Below the pieces are notes generated by a model, which made no database searches, was not told the origin of the DNA, and saw only the letters and a program-made list of their open reading frames with translations. Position numbers and translations under genes: made by a program. Shown piece after piece: positions 5,865-14,981 of a DNA stretch of 15,968 nt. Source of the DNA: Candidatus Omnitrophota bacterium (GTDB lineage: Bacteria > Omnitrophota > Gorgyraeia > JABMRG01 > JAFGKX01); NCBI GenBank assembly GCA_020354945.1, contig CP070655.1, forward strand, positions 893,706 to 909,673, read 5' to 3'. Position 1 is the first letter of the stretch. Each line of letters opens with the position of its first letter.

Positions 5865-7097
5865 ATGGTAATTAGACACACGCTATTTAGAGACCAGGTC
5901 CTTTCGGATAGAGAAAGGAAAAATCTGGCTATATTAGATATTATAACGAAAAGCGGTCCTGTAACAAGGACGGAAATTTCCAGAATAACAAAACTTAATA
6001 TAGTGACCGTCTCCAACTATGTCAACAGTTATATCGACAAAGATCTTGTTGTAGAAAAAGGTTTTGATGTTTCAACAGGAGGCCGTAAACCCACATTAGT
6101 TGAACTTAATGCAAAGCAAGGCTATGTCATAGGCATTGATATAGGGCCTATCAATATGACATCTATCATAACAGACTTAGCCAATACCGTAGTCGGTAAA
6201 ATCAGGAAACCCCGCCCTGCCGGACCTATGAATGAAGTTATAACCAGTTCTATTGAAATGGTTTATGAAATAATAAACAAGTCTAAAATAGACAAAAATA
6301 AACTAAAAGGGGTAGGATTGGGAGTATCAGGTGTAATTGATGCAGTGGCAGGCACTGTAAGAGATACTGATATTGCAAGAGGTCAAACCACCGGTAGTTA
6401 TGTTTCTGTAAAATCTATGTTAGAGAAAGAGTTTAACATACCTACTTTTGCAGGGAATGATGCCACAGTAGCAGCTTTTGGAGAGAAACGCTTAGGCTTA
6501 GAGCAAGAAGTGAATGATATGCTATATATCTACTCAGACGTAGGCTGTGGCATAATAATAAAAGGGGAGATATATTGCGGAGCAGGAGGCAGTGCCGGCG
6601 AATTGCAACTCTCTATAGACACAGCTAATGCAGAGAAATTTACATATTGGAAAAAAGAACCTGCCTATTTAAGACCCTGGGGTGTTGATTTAGGGATAAC
6701 CAATGAAGCCAAGAAGATACTATCCAAAGAAAAGGCAGCTTCAAAAATCATTGATTTAGCAGGCGGTAATATCGATGATATAAATATTGATATGGTTATA
6801 GAGGCAGCTAAGGCCGAAGACAAGATAGCCTTAGAATTGCTTGAGAATGCAGGTCAGCACCTGGGGATGAGAATAGCCTATCTTATCAATTTATTTAACC
6901 CTGAAGTGGTGATTATAGGCGGCGGCGTTGAAAGAGCAGGCGAGCTTTTCTTAGGGCCCATAAGGCGGGCCGTAAGAGGATTAGCATTTGAGGAACCGGC
7001 AAATGCAGTTAAGATTATACCATCTCGCCTTGGAGACAGCGCAGTCGCTCTTGGTGCAGCAGCCCTGGTGCTAAGAGAAATTTTTGCTCAGATGTAA
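5865..7097 (+). CDS. ROK family transcriptional regulator (NagC/XylR-like)
   Basis: N-terminal wHTH (GPVTRTEISRITKLNIVTVSNYV..STGGRKP), VIGIDIG, GNDATVAAFGE, LINLFNPEVVIIGGGV, LGAA. Confidence 0.95.
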   Translation: MVIRHTLFRDQVLSDRERKNLAILDIITKSGPVTRTEISRITKLNIVTVSNYVNSYIDKDLVVEKGFDVSTGGRKPTLVELNAKQGYVIGIDIGPINMTSIITDLANTVVGKIRKPRPAGPMNEVITSSIEMVYEIINKSKIDKNKLKGVGLGVSGVIDAVAGTVRDTDIARGQTTGSYVSVKSMLEKEFNIPTFAGNDATVAAFGEKRLGLEQEVNDMLYIYSDVGCGIIIKGEIYCGAGGSAGELQLSIDTANAEKFTYWKKEPAYLRPWGVDLGITNEAKKILSKEKAASKIIDLAGGNIDDINIDMVIEAAKAEDKIALELLENAGQHLGMRIAYLINLFNPEVVIIGGGVERAGELFLGPIRRAVRGLAFEEPANAVKIIPSRLGDSAVALGAAALVLREIFAQM

Positions 7098-7116
7098 TAC
7101 GCAGATAATCACATTT

Positions 7117-7161
7117 AAAATTGGGACAGGTACCAAAAATTGTATCTGTCCCAATTTTTTT
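7117..7161 (+). terminator. intrinsic terminator after ROK gene
   Basis: AAAATTGGGACAGGTAC / GTATCTGTCCCAATTTT stem with T-run. Confidence 0.8.
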
Positions 7162-7172
7162 AAACTCACCAC

Positions 7173-7201
7173 TTGACAGAAGCCGTATCATATGCTATAC
7201 T
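7173..7201 (+). promoter_or_regulatory. consensus sigma70 promoter with extended -10 for the RND operon
   Basis: TTGACA (7173-7178), 17 bp, TGc-TATACT (7196-7201). Confidence 0.85.
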
Positions 7202-7319
7202 TACTTCACAACTCTGGATTACGGCTGATGATACACTTATGATACGGTTAAGCCACACACCAATTGGAATCTCTACACATTTATACAACAATTGGTGTAG
7301 GGCTTAAAAAAGGGAGACG

Positions 7320-9773
7320 GTGGTGGGACGTCTTTTTTTATCTGCATTAATACTGTTATATGGGCTGGTTGCCACAAACGATACGGTTTTTGCAGGCCCC
7401 TTAGCCCCTATATTAGAAGTTAAGAATAATCCATTTTTTCTTGCAGATATCCGGTATGAAATTACCCAGAGCCGCACAAACGTTGCAATAGGAACTAATA
7501 AAAAGGTCGACTTTATTTATTATACATTAGAAGACCCCTATCGGGTTGTAATCGATTTGATAGGGGTTATTTTTTGTGAATTAGAAAAAAATTTAGAGAT
7601 TAAAAATGCCCCTATCAAGTCAATCAGCGTCATTGAGGATAGCACCGTAACCAAGCCTTCCGGATTAGAAAAATATTTTTATGCAGTAGATTATATCATA
7701 GTTGAGTTAAACGAAGAATATCCTTTTGATGTATTTAGCTACAAAGACGGCAAGATTATTATGGCCCGGATAAAGGCAGAAACTCCCCTGGATAAGATTG
7801 TAAAAGAAATAGAAGAGACAGCAAAAGCAGAGGAAGCTGTGCCCATTCATAAAGAAATTCCACCAACCCCGACCATTATAGAAGACGTAGAATATGAAGT
7901 TAACCCGAAGTCCTCAATCATAACCGTGGTATCAAATAAAGACCTGAATGCAACCATATATGAAGAATATAATCCTTATAGAATAGTAATAGCTCCTCCT
8001 GAAGGTATGTTATGCGAATTAGAGCAAAGATTAGAGCCAACGGATGGGCTAGTTAAATCTATATTCATTAGCAGAGATATTTCTCAGAAGGAATTTAAAC
8101 CACCTGATGAATTTTTCTATCCGGTGAAAAATATAGTTATAGAACCAATAGTGCAATTGCCATTTGCTACCCATATAGCTGACGATGGGAGAATCACCAT
8201 TGTGAAGGTAGAAAGGGGCGCAACAATGCTGGAAGCTGAAGAAAAGCAAGAAATGGTGGATGAAATCACTCAGAGGCTATATAAGAAACAACAAGAATTG
8301 TTTGCCGGAATGGAACAGGAAGAAGCAAGAATGTGGGCGGTTAGAACAGCCAGAGACAAAGCCAAAGCTATCGGGCAAATAGAAAAGATCGGCTTGGAAG
8401 AATTAGAAGATTTAATGGTCAAGGGTGAAGGAGTAGCAACGCTTAAGTATGCCAGGGATATAGCATTATCATATAGCGAACCCGCTGCCATCGCAGAAGA
8501 AGAAATCAAACTTTCAAAGATGAAACTTAAAGAAAACTTCCGGGCCTTATTTCCAAGTGTAAAGATTAGAGGCTCACAAACCTCCGGAGATGTAGCTGCA
8601 ACAGATATAGATTTTATAGAAAAGATTTACGGGGTAGAAGCAGAACATCCGCTATATCAAGGAGGCAGGCTGCGCAATGCCTACCAAGAAAGCAAGGTTA
8701 ATTTAAATTTGGCCAGTGCCAGATATGATAGGGTAGTCCATGAGCTTGACTATAAAGTTGCAGAGGCTTATTACAGTGTAGTTACCTCGGTAATGAATCT
8801 AAAACTTCAGCAAAAGCTTCTTAAAAAAGCCGAAAGCATACTAAAGATGGCTCAAGGCAGGCGCTCTTCCGGCTTAAGCACTGATTTGGAACTGTTCAAT
8901 GTAAAATCTCAATATAACCAGGTTCAGTTTCAACTGGCATCTGCAGAAAGAGACTTGGCCTTAGCAAGATTTAAATTGGAGCAAGCCATGGGGCTGGATA
9001 TTGCGGAAGAGGGAATCGATATAGGAGAAGTGGAAACTGAGTTAAAATTTGAAATTATAGATATTAACCTTAACAAATGTTTAGAATTGGCCCAGGATTA
9101 TCATCCTGGCATTATTGTTAATGAGCTATTAGTTGAATCTAATGAATATGAAGAAAAGATTGCAAGAGGGAAAAATAAGCTAAAAGTGGATTTAACGGGA
9201 TTTTTAGGAAGGTCGACTTCTTATTATGAGACAGAACAGGAGAAGTGGAATAGGGAATGGAATATTGGTATTAAGGTAAGCAAACCTTTATGGGGCGGCA
9301 ATACAGCTTCTTATTCTTTTGCTAAAGAAGAAACCAAAAAGAAAGTCGGCATGACCGATAGGCAAAGTACAGACGTTCATTCAGGTGAATTTGCTATATT
9401 GGATGCCATGGGAGTTGCCACCGGTGTTCAGGAGGCAGAGGTAAAGAGGCACAAGGCAGAAAATGAGCTTTTAGAGGCTCGGCGACAGGTTAATTTAGAA
9501 GTAAAAGAGGCATATTATAATTATCAGGAGGCAATCATCCAGGTTAAGAATTCGTTGGAGAAGGTGAGATTTCAAAAAGAGGCAGCCAAAACTGCCAAGG
9601 CCCAGGCCGAGCTTAATGAGGCTTTACAATCACAAGTGCTTGAGGCTGAGATAAAGTTGGCTGACGAGAGGTCTTTATATATAAAGGCATTATCAGATTA
9701 TAATTTTTCTTTAGCAAAACTCAATAAGGCAATAGGAATACAGGATTATTTTAGCATGCAGGAGGATAAATGA
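7320..9773 (+). CDS. TolC/OEP family outer membrane factor with two N-terminal AMIN-like domains
   Basis: Signal peptide (VFA-G); repeated domains with YTLEDPYRVVIDL and YEEYNPYRIVI; C-terminal ~450 aa with OEP signatures (PLYQGGRL, KVAEAYYSV, EVKEAYYNY, LAKLNKAIG). Start could be GTG 7323. Confidence 0.88.
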   Translation: MVGRLFLSALILLYGLVATNDTVFAGPLAPILEVKNNPFFLADIRYEITQSRTNVAIGTNKKVDFIYYTLEDPYRVVIDLIGVIFCELEKNLEIKNAPIKSISVIEDSTVTKPSGLEKYFYAVDYIIVELNEEYPFDVFSYKDGKIIMARIKAETPLDKIVKEIEETAKAEEAVPIHKEIPPTPTIIEDVEYEVNPKSSIITVVSNKDLNATIYEEYNPYRIVIAPPEGMLCELEQRLEPTDGLVKSIFISRDISQKEFKPPDEFFYPVKNIVIEPIVQLPFATHIADDGRITIVKVERGATMLEAEEKQEMVDEITQRLYKKQQELFAGMEQEEARMWAVRTARDKAKAIGQIEKIGLEELEDLMVKGEGVATLKYARDIALSYSEPAAIAEEEIKLSKMKLKENFRALFPSVKIRGSQTSGDVAATDIDFIEKIYGVEAEHPLYQGGRLRNAYQESKVNLNLASARYDRVVHELDYKVAEAYYSVVTSVMNLKLQQKLLKKAESILKMAQGRRSSGLSTDLELFNVKSQYNQVQFQLASAERDLALARFKLEQAMGLDIAEEGIDIGEVETELKFEIIDINLNKCLELAQDYHPGIIVNELLVESNEYEEKIARGKNKLKVDLTGFLGRSTSYYETEQEKWNREWNIGIKVSKPLWGGNTASYSFAKEETKKKVGMTDRQSTDVHSGEFAILDAMGVATGVQEAEVKRHKAENELLEARRQVNLEVKEAYYNYQEAIIQVKNSLEKVRFQKEAAKTAKAQAELNEALQSQVLEAEIKLADERSLYIKALSDYNFSLAKLNKAIGIQDYFSMQEDK

Positions 9774-11149
9774 AATTTTTTAAATTTTTTAAGAAAAAGC
9801 CCACCGAGCCAAAGAAAGAGCCTGCACCCACCGAGCCAAAGAAAGAACCTGTACCCACAGAGCCAAAGGAAGAGATTTCACCAAATTCTTTTTCCGGGAA
9901 ACAGCTTGAAAAATCCCTGGCTGCAAAATTTAAACCCAGCAAAATAAAGCCCTTGCTTGCCATTATTATATTGGCCATATTTGTAGTAGGTTTAGCCATC
10001 AGGATTATTCCAAAATACGCCCCTAAGTTCGCCACTATGACAAAAGCCGTAAAGGAAAAAGGAATAAGAGGAATAATAGAGAAAGAAGAAGCAAGGGAAG
10101 CGCTTATTACTCCGGAAGAAGAAGCGATTGAGGAAGCTATATCTGTCAGGACTTACAGGACGGCCAGAATAGATTTTATAGATATATTACCCTCAATGGG
10201 CACAGTAAAAGGTGACAGAGAAATAGAATTGCGTTTTCCCACCAACGGCGCGATTGATTCTATCAACTTTTATGAAGGCGATATTGTTAAAAAAGGAGAT
10301 ATTATCGCTACCTTAGACCAAAAAGAGACCTTGCTAAAGTTAGAATATGCTAAGAGCAAATTAAAAACTGCGGAAGTAGTCGAGATGAGCGGTAAGAAAA
10401 AATTTCAGATACATCAAAGCCTTTATGAACAGGGCATTATAATAAAGCCAAAATTAGAAGAGGCAAGACTCGAATATGAAAGCGCTAAAACGAAAGTAGT
10501 CTCTGCCCAAAAGGAAGTGGAGTTTTCGTTGTCAGAGCTTGATAAGACCTATCTATATTCCCCTGTAGACGGAGTTATTGGGACCAGAGACGCAGAGGTC
10601 GGAGAGTTTGTTACCTCAAATGTAAAGATCGCCAGCATATACGATGTCTCTTATGTGATAGTGGAATTCGGGGTGATAGAAAAAGATGTAAATAGAATTG
10701 CCTTAGGCCAGGAGGCAAAAGCAAACGTAGATACTTATCCCGGGGTTGATTTTGTGGGCAGCGTCGATAATGTCTCGCCTATAATAGAAGGTAAATCCAG
10801 AACTTTAACCGTTAAAGTGAGGCTAAAAAACGATAATCCCAGGGGCACACTCTTGCCGGGAATGTTTGCCCGGGTATGGGTATCTGTGTATGAGAAGAAA
10901 AACGTTATAAAGGCACCGTCTGATTGCCTGTATGATTTAGACAATGACGGAGAATTTGACTCGGTCTATGTGGTTGATGAGGAAAATATTGCTCATGTAA
11001 GACCTATAAAGGTTGGCTATATAACTACAGATTTTGTTGAAATAACGGACGGCCTTAAAGAGGCAGAGCAGGTTGTCTCTGAAACTATGACCGAACTAAA
11101 AGACGGCTCCAAGGTCGATGTCATAGAAGTCCAGGAAGCATTGTTTTAA
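9770..11149 (+). CDS. RND periplasmic adaptor (membrane fusion protein)
   Basis: TM anchor, lipoyl halves (EGDIVKKGDIIATLD; SPVDGVI..VGEFV), LLPGMFARV, GLKEAEQVV; ATGA overlap with the OMF stop. Confidence 0.95.
   Translation: MKFFKFFKKKPTEPKKEPAPTEPKKEPVPTEPKEEISPNSFSGKQLEKSLAAKFKPSKIKPLLAIIILAIFVVGLAIRIIPKYAPKFATMTKAVKEKGIRGIIEKEEAREALITPEEEAIEEAISVRTYRTARIDFIDILPSMGTVKGDREIELRFPTNGAIDSINFYEGDIVKKGDIIATLDQKETLLKLEYAKSKLKTAEVVEMSGKKKFQIHQSLYEQGIIIKPKLEEARLEYESAKTKVVSAQKEVEFSLSELDKTYLYSPVDGVIGTRDAEVGEFVTSNVKIASIYDVSYVIVEFGVIEKDVNRIALGQEAKANVDTYPGVDFVGSVDNVSPIIEGKSRTLTVKVRLKNDNPRGTLLPGMFARVWVSVYEKKNVIKAPSDCLYDLDNDGEFDSVYVVDEENIAHVRPIKVGYITTDFVEITDGLKEAEQVVSETMTELKDGSKVDVIEVQEALF
9800..9874 (+). 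repeat. 27-nt tandem repeat, ~2.8 copies, encoding PTEPKKEPx
   Basis: CCCACCGAGCCAAAGAAAGAGCCTGCA / CCCACCGAGCCAAAGAAAGAACCTGTA / CCCACAGAGCCAAAGGAAGAG. Confidence 0.92.
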
Positions 11150-11162
11150 AAGCAGGAAAAAC

Positions 11163-11280
11163 AGGGACGTTTCTGAATTTGTTCGGGAACCTGCTCCATT
11201 TTCAATTGGGAACCTGTCCCCGGGGACAGGTTCCCGAATAAATCTGGAAACGGTTCCAGAACGATTTTAGAAACGTCCCT
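11163..11280. repeat. nested inverted-repeat element between MFP and RND genes
   Basis: Outer IR AGGGACGTTTCT (11163-11174) / AGAAACGTCCCT (11269-11280); inner ATTTGTTCGGGAACCTG / CAGGTTCCCGAATAAAT; perfect 28-bp palindrome at 11208-11235. Confidence 0.85.
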
Positions 11281-11289
11281 TATTAGGAA

Positions 11290-14200
11290 ATGGCTATACC
11301 AAACTTTGCAACAAGAAGGCCGGTTACCACGGTCATGATTTTTTTAGGGATATTGCTTCTGGGATTTATATCCTGGAATCGCCTACCCCAGGAATTATAC
11401 CCCCCTATAACCTATCCCCAGCTTACTGTAGTAACATTCTATAAGGACGCAGGCCCCGAAGAGATGGAGATACTTATAACCAAGCCAATTGAGGAAGCAG
11501 CAGGCACAGTGAGCGGGGTGCGCAGGATAAGTTCAACCTCTAGAGAAGAGGCATCTTTAGTTATAGCTGAATTTACCTGGGGAACAAATATGGACTTTGC
11601 AGCTTTAGGGGTAAGGGAAAAGATAGACCTGATAAAAGAGACCTTGCCCAGAGGAAGCGAAGACCCGATTGTTATGAAATATAATCCATTTGAGCTTCCG
11701 GTGGCAGTCTTAAATATAACCGCAGAGGGCATATCTGCGGGAGATTTGCAACATACTGCAAGAAGCATCATAAAGAATGAATTAGAAAAGGCTGATGGGG
11801 TAGCCTCAGTCAATATCGCAGGCGGAGTAACAAGAGAAATCTTAGTCGAGATAGATCAAGATAGGATGATGTCTAAGGGCATCGCTATTACCGATATAGT
11901 AGAAGCCCTAAATAAAGCCAACCTAAATTATCCTGCCGGTACAATCGAGGAGCAATTCTACGAATATCTTATAAGGACAATGGGCGAATTTAAAATAGTG
12001 CCGGAGATGAGGGAAGTGGTAGTCGGTATAGATGATAGAACCAGAAAGAGCCGGTTTGTGGAATATGGGCCGGAGGATGTAAAAGAAAAGCAAGAACTGG
12101 CTGTTCAGGAGAAGCGCCTTATTCTGTTAAAAGAGATAGCTAAAGTAAAAGACACCTTTAAAGAAAGGACATCTGTCTCAAGGTATAATCAGAAAGATAC
12201 CATATCGATATCTATACAAAAACAGGCCGGCACAAATACAGTTCAAGTAGCAAATAATATAAGACAGATCCTAAACCAGCGCCTGAAGGCGCAACTGCCA
12301 TCCAATATCAGAATAGACGTTGTATATGACCAATCTGAATTTATAAAAAAGTCCCTTACCGGAGTAAGGGATGCGGCGCTCCAGGGAGGGGTTTTGGCAT
12401 TTCTGGTATTGTTTTTCTTTTTGAGAAATGCTCGAAGCGCCTTAATAGTGGCTTTAAATATTCCAATCTCTATTATGGCAGTGTTTGCCCTTATGTATTT
12501 TAGCGGCATAAGCCTTAATATGATATCGCTGGGAGGCCTGGCCTTAGGCATTGGCATGCTGGTAGATAATGGTATAGTTGTTATTGAAAATATATACAGA
12601 TATAGACAAGAAGGAAAAAAATCAAAGGAGGCCAGTGTCTATGGCGCAAACGAAGTCAGCGGCGCCATAACCGGCTCCACTCTTACTACGGTAGCTGTCT
12701 TTTTGCCGATGATATTTGTAATAGGCATAGCCGGGCAGTTATTTAAAGAGCTTGCATTTACCGTAACATTTTCTTTGCTCGCCTCTTTAGTAGCAGCGCT
12801 TGCAATAATTCCGCTTCTTACTGCTCGAGAGCGCCGCGTGCCTAAGGTTGAAGAAACCGCAAAGGCTTTGGAAACTCCGGTAACCACTTTAATTAACAGC
12901 CTTCAAAGATTGCATCGGCAAATACTAATTATTTTTCTCAATCGTAAATTTATCGCTTTAACAGTAGTCTTTTTTGTGTTTTTAGGGGCGTTATTGTTTC
13001 TGCCGCTTTTGGATAGGCAACTCCTGCCGCGTATAGACCAGGGCCAGTTTATAATAAAGGTGGATATGCCACCCGGCACTAAACTTGCAACTACGGATTC
13101 GGTAATAAAGAAAATAGAAAATAAATTGTTCGATTCAAGCGAAGTTAGAAATGTAACCGTTAATATAGGCTCTGCAAAAGAGAAAAAGGCAGCCCAGTTA
13201 GTCGAAACTATCGGCGCGCATCAGGCCCGGATAATAGTTAATCTAAAGCCAAAGGCCAGATTTGGCAAGAGCGGGCTGGGATATCGTTTAGCGCCTACCT
13301 CCGAAGTGTTACAAAGGCTAAAAGGTTCGATAAGCAAAGAAGACTTAGAAGGAGCGGATGTCAATTATCTACTCCAGGAGAGCATCTTTGGAGGGGCTTT
13401 TGAAGGCGGCAAACCAATAGTAGTAGAGATTAAAGGGTTAATGCTCGAGCGGCTAAAGGAAATATCTAATAAAGTTAAATCCGGGTTAAGAAGAATAAGG
13501 GGAATTTATGGAATCGAAGATAATCTTATCCCGCCATCGCCTGAAGTAAAAGCCAATGTAATAAAAGAAAAGGCCTCAAATTACAACCTTTCTGTAAGCG
13601 ATATAGCATTAACGGCTCAGACTGCGGTTAAAGGTTACACAGCCACAAAGTTTAAACAGGAAGGAAGAGAAATAGACATCACAGTAAGATTAGAAGAAGC
13701 TGACCGCAATCAAATGGAGAAGATAAGAAGACTATCTTTGCATTCACCTTTGGGAATAGATGTGCCTTTGGCCGAAGTTTCCTATTTAACAAAAGGAGTA
13801 GGGCCCACCGAGATAAGAAGGCAGGATCAAGAAAGGACTGTTCTGGTAAGCGCCAGTATATTTAAGAGAAGTTTTGACGAAGTATCCGCAGCTGCTTCCG
13901 CGATGTTAAATAAACTAAAGATTCCGCAGGGGTATTCAGCTGAATTGACCGGTGAGAAAGAACAGATGCAGGAATCGTTTGGGAGTTTAAGATTCGCACT
14001 TCTGCTTTCGATACTTCTGGTATATATGATTATGGCTTCGCAATTTGAATCTCTATGGCAGCCATTTATCATAATGTTTACAATTCCTTTGTCAATAATC
14101 GGAGTTGTGGCTATATTGCTTTTAACAAAAACCCCCATAAGCATAATGGTTCTTTTAGGGCTCATTGTATTGGGAGGCATAGTAGTAAATAACGGCATAG

Positions 14201-14952
14201 TATTAATAGATTATGTGAATATATTAAGAAGGCAAGGGCTATCAGCATATGATGCGGTAATAAAATCCAGCCAGACCAGGCTGAGGCCCATTACGATGAC
14301 CGCGCTTACTACAGTCTTTGGCCTTACCCCTTTAGCATTAGGGCTAACCGCAGGTTCAGAACTGCAACAATCCATGGCAATAACAGTTATAGGCGGCTTG
14401 GCTATATCTACATTTTTATCTTTGGTTGTAATCCCCACCTTGTATATGAGTTTTGAGGAAATAGTGGTGGTGGTGAGAGGAAAGAAGGAGGCCCGCCCTC
14501 CTTCAGTTACAGAAGTTTTGAAGGAGGTCCGGCCTCCTTCAATTAAACTACCAGAAGAGGTGAAGCCTCCAGAAAAACCAAAGCCTCCGGAAAAACCAAA
14601 ACCACCAGAAGAAATTAAGCCTCCGGAAAAACCAAAACCACCAGAAGAAATTAAACCGCCAGAAAAACCAAAGCCACCGGAAGCGAAGGAGACTAAGCCT
14701 CCTCCGATCAAACCTCCGAAAACAGGAAATATCCCTATCGATTTGTGGGATTCCTTAACAAGCAGGCAACAGAAGCTGATAGGATATTTAAGAGAAAATC
14801 GTAAGATTACCAGAAAGCAATATTCAGATATATTTAGCATATCCGTTCCTACTGCAGCAAGAGATCTTAAGGTTTTACTGGATAAAAATATCCTGAGATT
14901 TAAAGGCCCAGCCGGACCCGGTAGGTACTATATTATAAAAGAAGGACTATAA
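11290..14952 (+). CDS. RND (AcrB/AcrD/AcrF family) permease with C-terminal Pro-rich linker and winged-HTH domain
   Basis: RRPVTT start, GMLVDNGIVVIENI (TM4), MASQFES, GIVVNNGIVLID, RLRPITMT. After TM12 there is an ~165-aa extension ending LTSRQQKLIGYLRENRKITRKQYSDIFSISVPTAARDLKVLLDKNIL..G.GRYY. Confidence 0.93.
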   Translation: MAIPNFATRRPVTTVMIFLGILLLGFISWNRLPQELYPPITYPQLTVVTFYKDAGPEEMEILITKPIEEAAGTVSGVRRISSTSREEASLVIAEFTWGTNMDFAALGVREKIDLIKETLPRGSEDPIVMKYNPFELPVAVLNITAEGISAGDLQHTARSIIKNELEKADGVASVNIAGGVTREILVEIDQDRMMSKGIAITDIVEALNKANLNYPAGTIEEQFYEYLIRTMGEFKIVPEMREVVVGIDDRTRKSRFVEYGPEDVKEKQELAVQEKRLILLKEIAKVKDTFKERTSVSRYNQKDTISISIQKQAGTNTVQVANNIRQILNQRLKAQLPSNIRIDVVYDQSEFIKKSLTGVRDAALQGGVLAFLVLFFFLRNARSALIVALNIPISIMAVFALMYFSGISLNMISLGGLALGIGMLVDNGIVVIENIYRYRQEGKKSKEASVYGANEVSGAITGSTLTTVAVFLPMIFVIGIAGQLFKELAFTVTFSLLASLVAALAIIPLLTARERRVPKVEETAKALETPVTTLINSLQRLHRQILIIFLNRKFIALTVVFFVFLGALLFLPLLDRQLLPRIDQGQFIIKVDMPPGTKLATTDSVIKKIENKLFDSSEVRNVTVNIGSAKEKKAAQLVETIGAHQARIIVNLKPKARFGKSGLGYRLAPTSEVLQRLKGSISKEDLEGADVNYLLQESIFGGAFEGGKPIVVEIKGLMLERLKEISNKVKSGLRRIRGIYGIEDNLIPPSPEVKANVIKEKASNYNLSVSDIALTAQTAVKGYTATKFKQEGREIDITVRLEEADRNQMEKIRRLSLHSPLGIDVPLAEVSYLTKGVGPTEIRRQDQERTVLVSASIFKRSFDEVSAAASAMLNKLKIPQGYSAELTGEKEQMQESFGSLRFALLLSILLVYMIMASQFESLWQPFIIMFTIPLSIIGVVAILLLTKTPISIMVLLGLIVLGGIVVNNGIVLIDYVNILRRQGLSAYDAVIKSSQTRLRPITMTALTTVFGLTPLALGLTAGSELQQSMAITVIGGLAISTFLSLVVIPTLYMSFEEIVVVVRGKKEARPPSVTEVLKEVRPPSIKLPEEVKPPEKPKPPEKPKPPEEIKPPEKPKPPEEIKPPEKPKPPEAKETKPPPIKPPKTGNIPIDLWDSLTSRQQKLIGYLRENRKITRKQYSDIFSISVPTAARDLKVLLDKNILRFKGPAGPGRYYIIKEGL
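14551..14720 (+). repeat. 18/36-nt tandem repeat encoding KPPEKP/KPPEEI linker
   Basis: Exact 36-nt units at 14581-14616 and 14617-14652, with degenerate flanking units. Confidence 0.92.
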
Positions 14953-14977
14953 AAACTCGTGCCAGGCACGACTTTTT
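14951..14977 (+). terminator. short hairpin with T-run between the two RND genes
   Basis: AAAAAC-TCGTGCC-A-GGCACGA-CTTTTT, ending 4 nt before the next ATG. Confidence 0.45.
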
Positions 14978-14981
14978 AACC

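Noticed and set aside
12553-12594. RND proton-relay variants (DN in TM4, NN in TM10)
   Set aside because: Common in many AcrB-family permeases, so not evidence of inactivity or novelty.
14211-14840. 209-aa Gly-rich minus-strand ORF and the other antisense ORFs within mgtE, OMF, MFP and RND genes
   Set aside because: Antisense shadows of well-supported + strand genes; the GGFGFS repeats are the reverse of the KPPEKP repeat.
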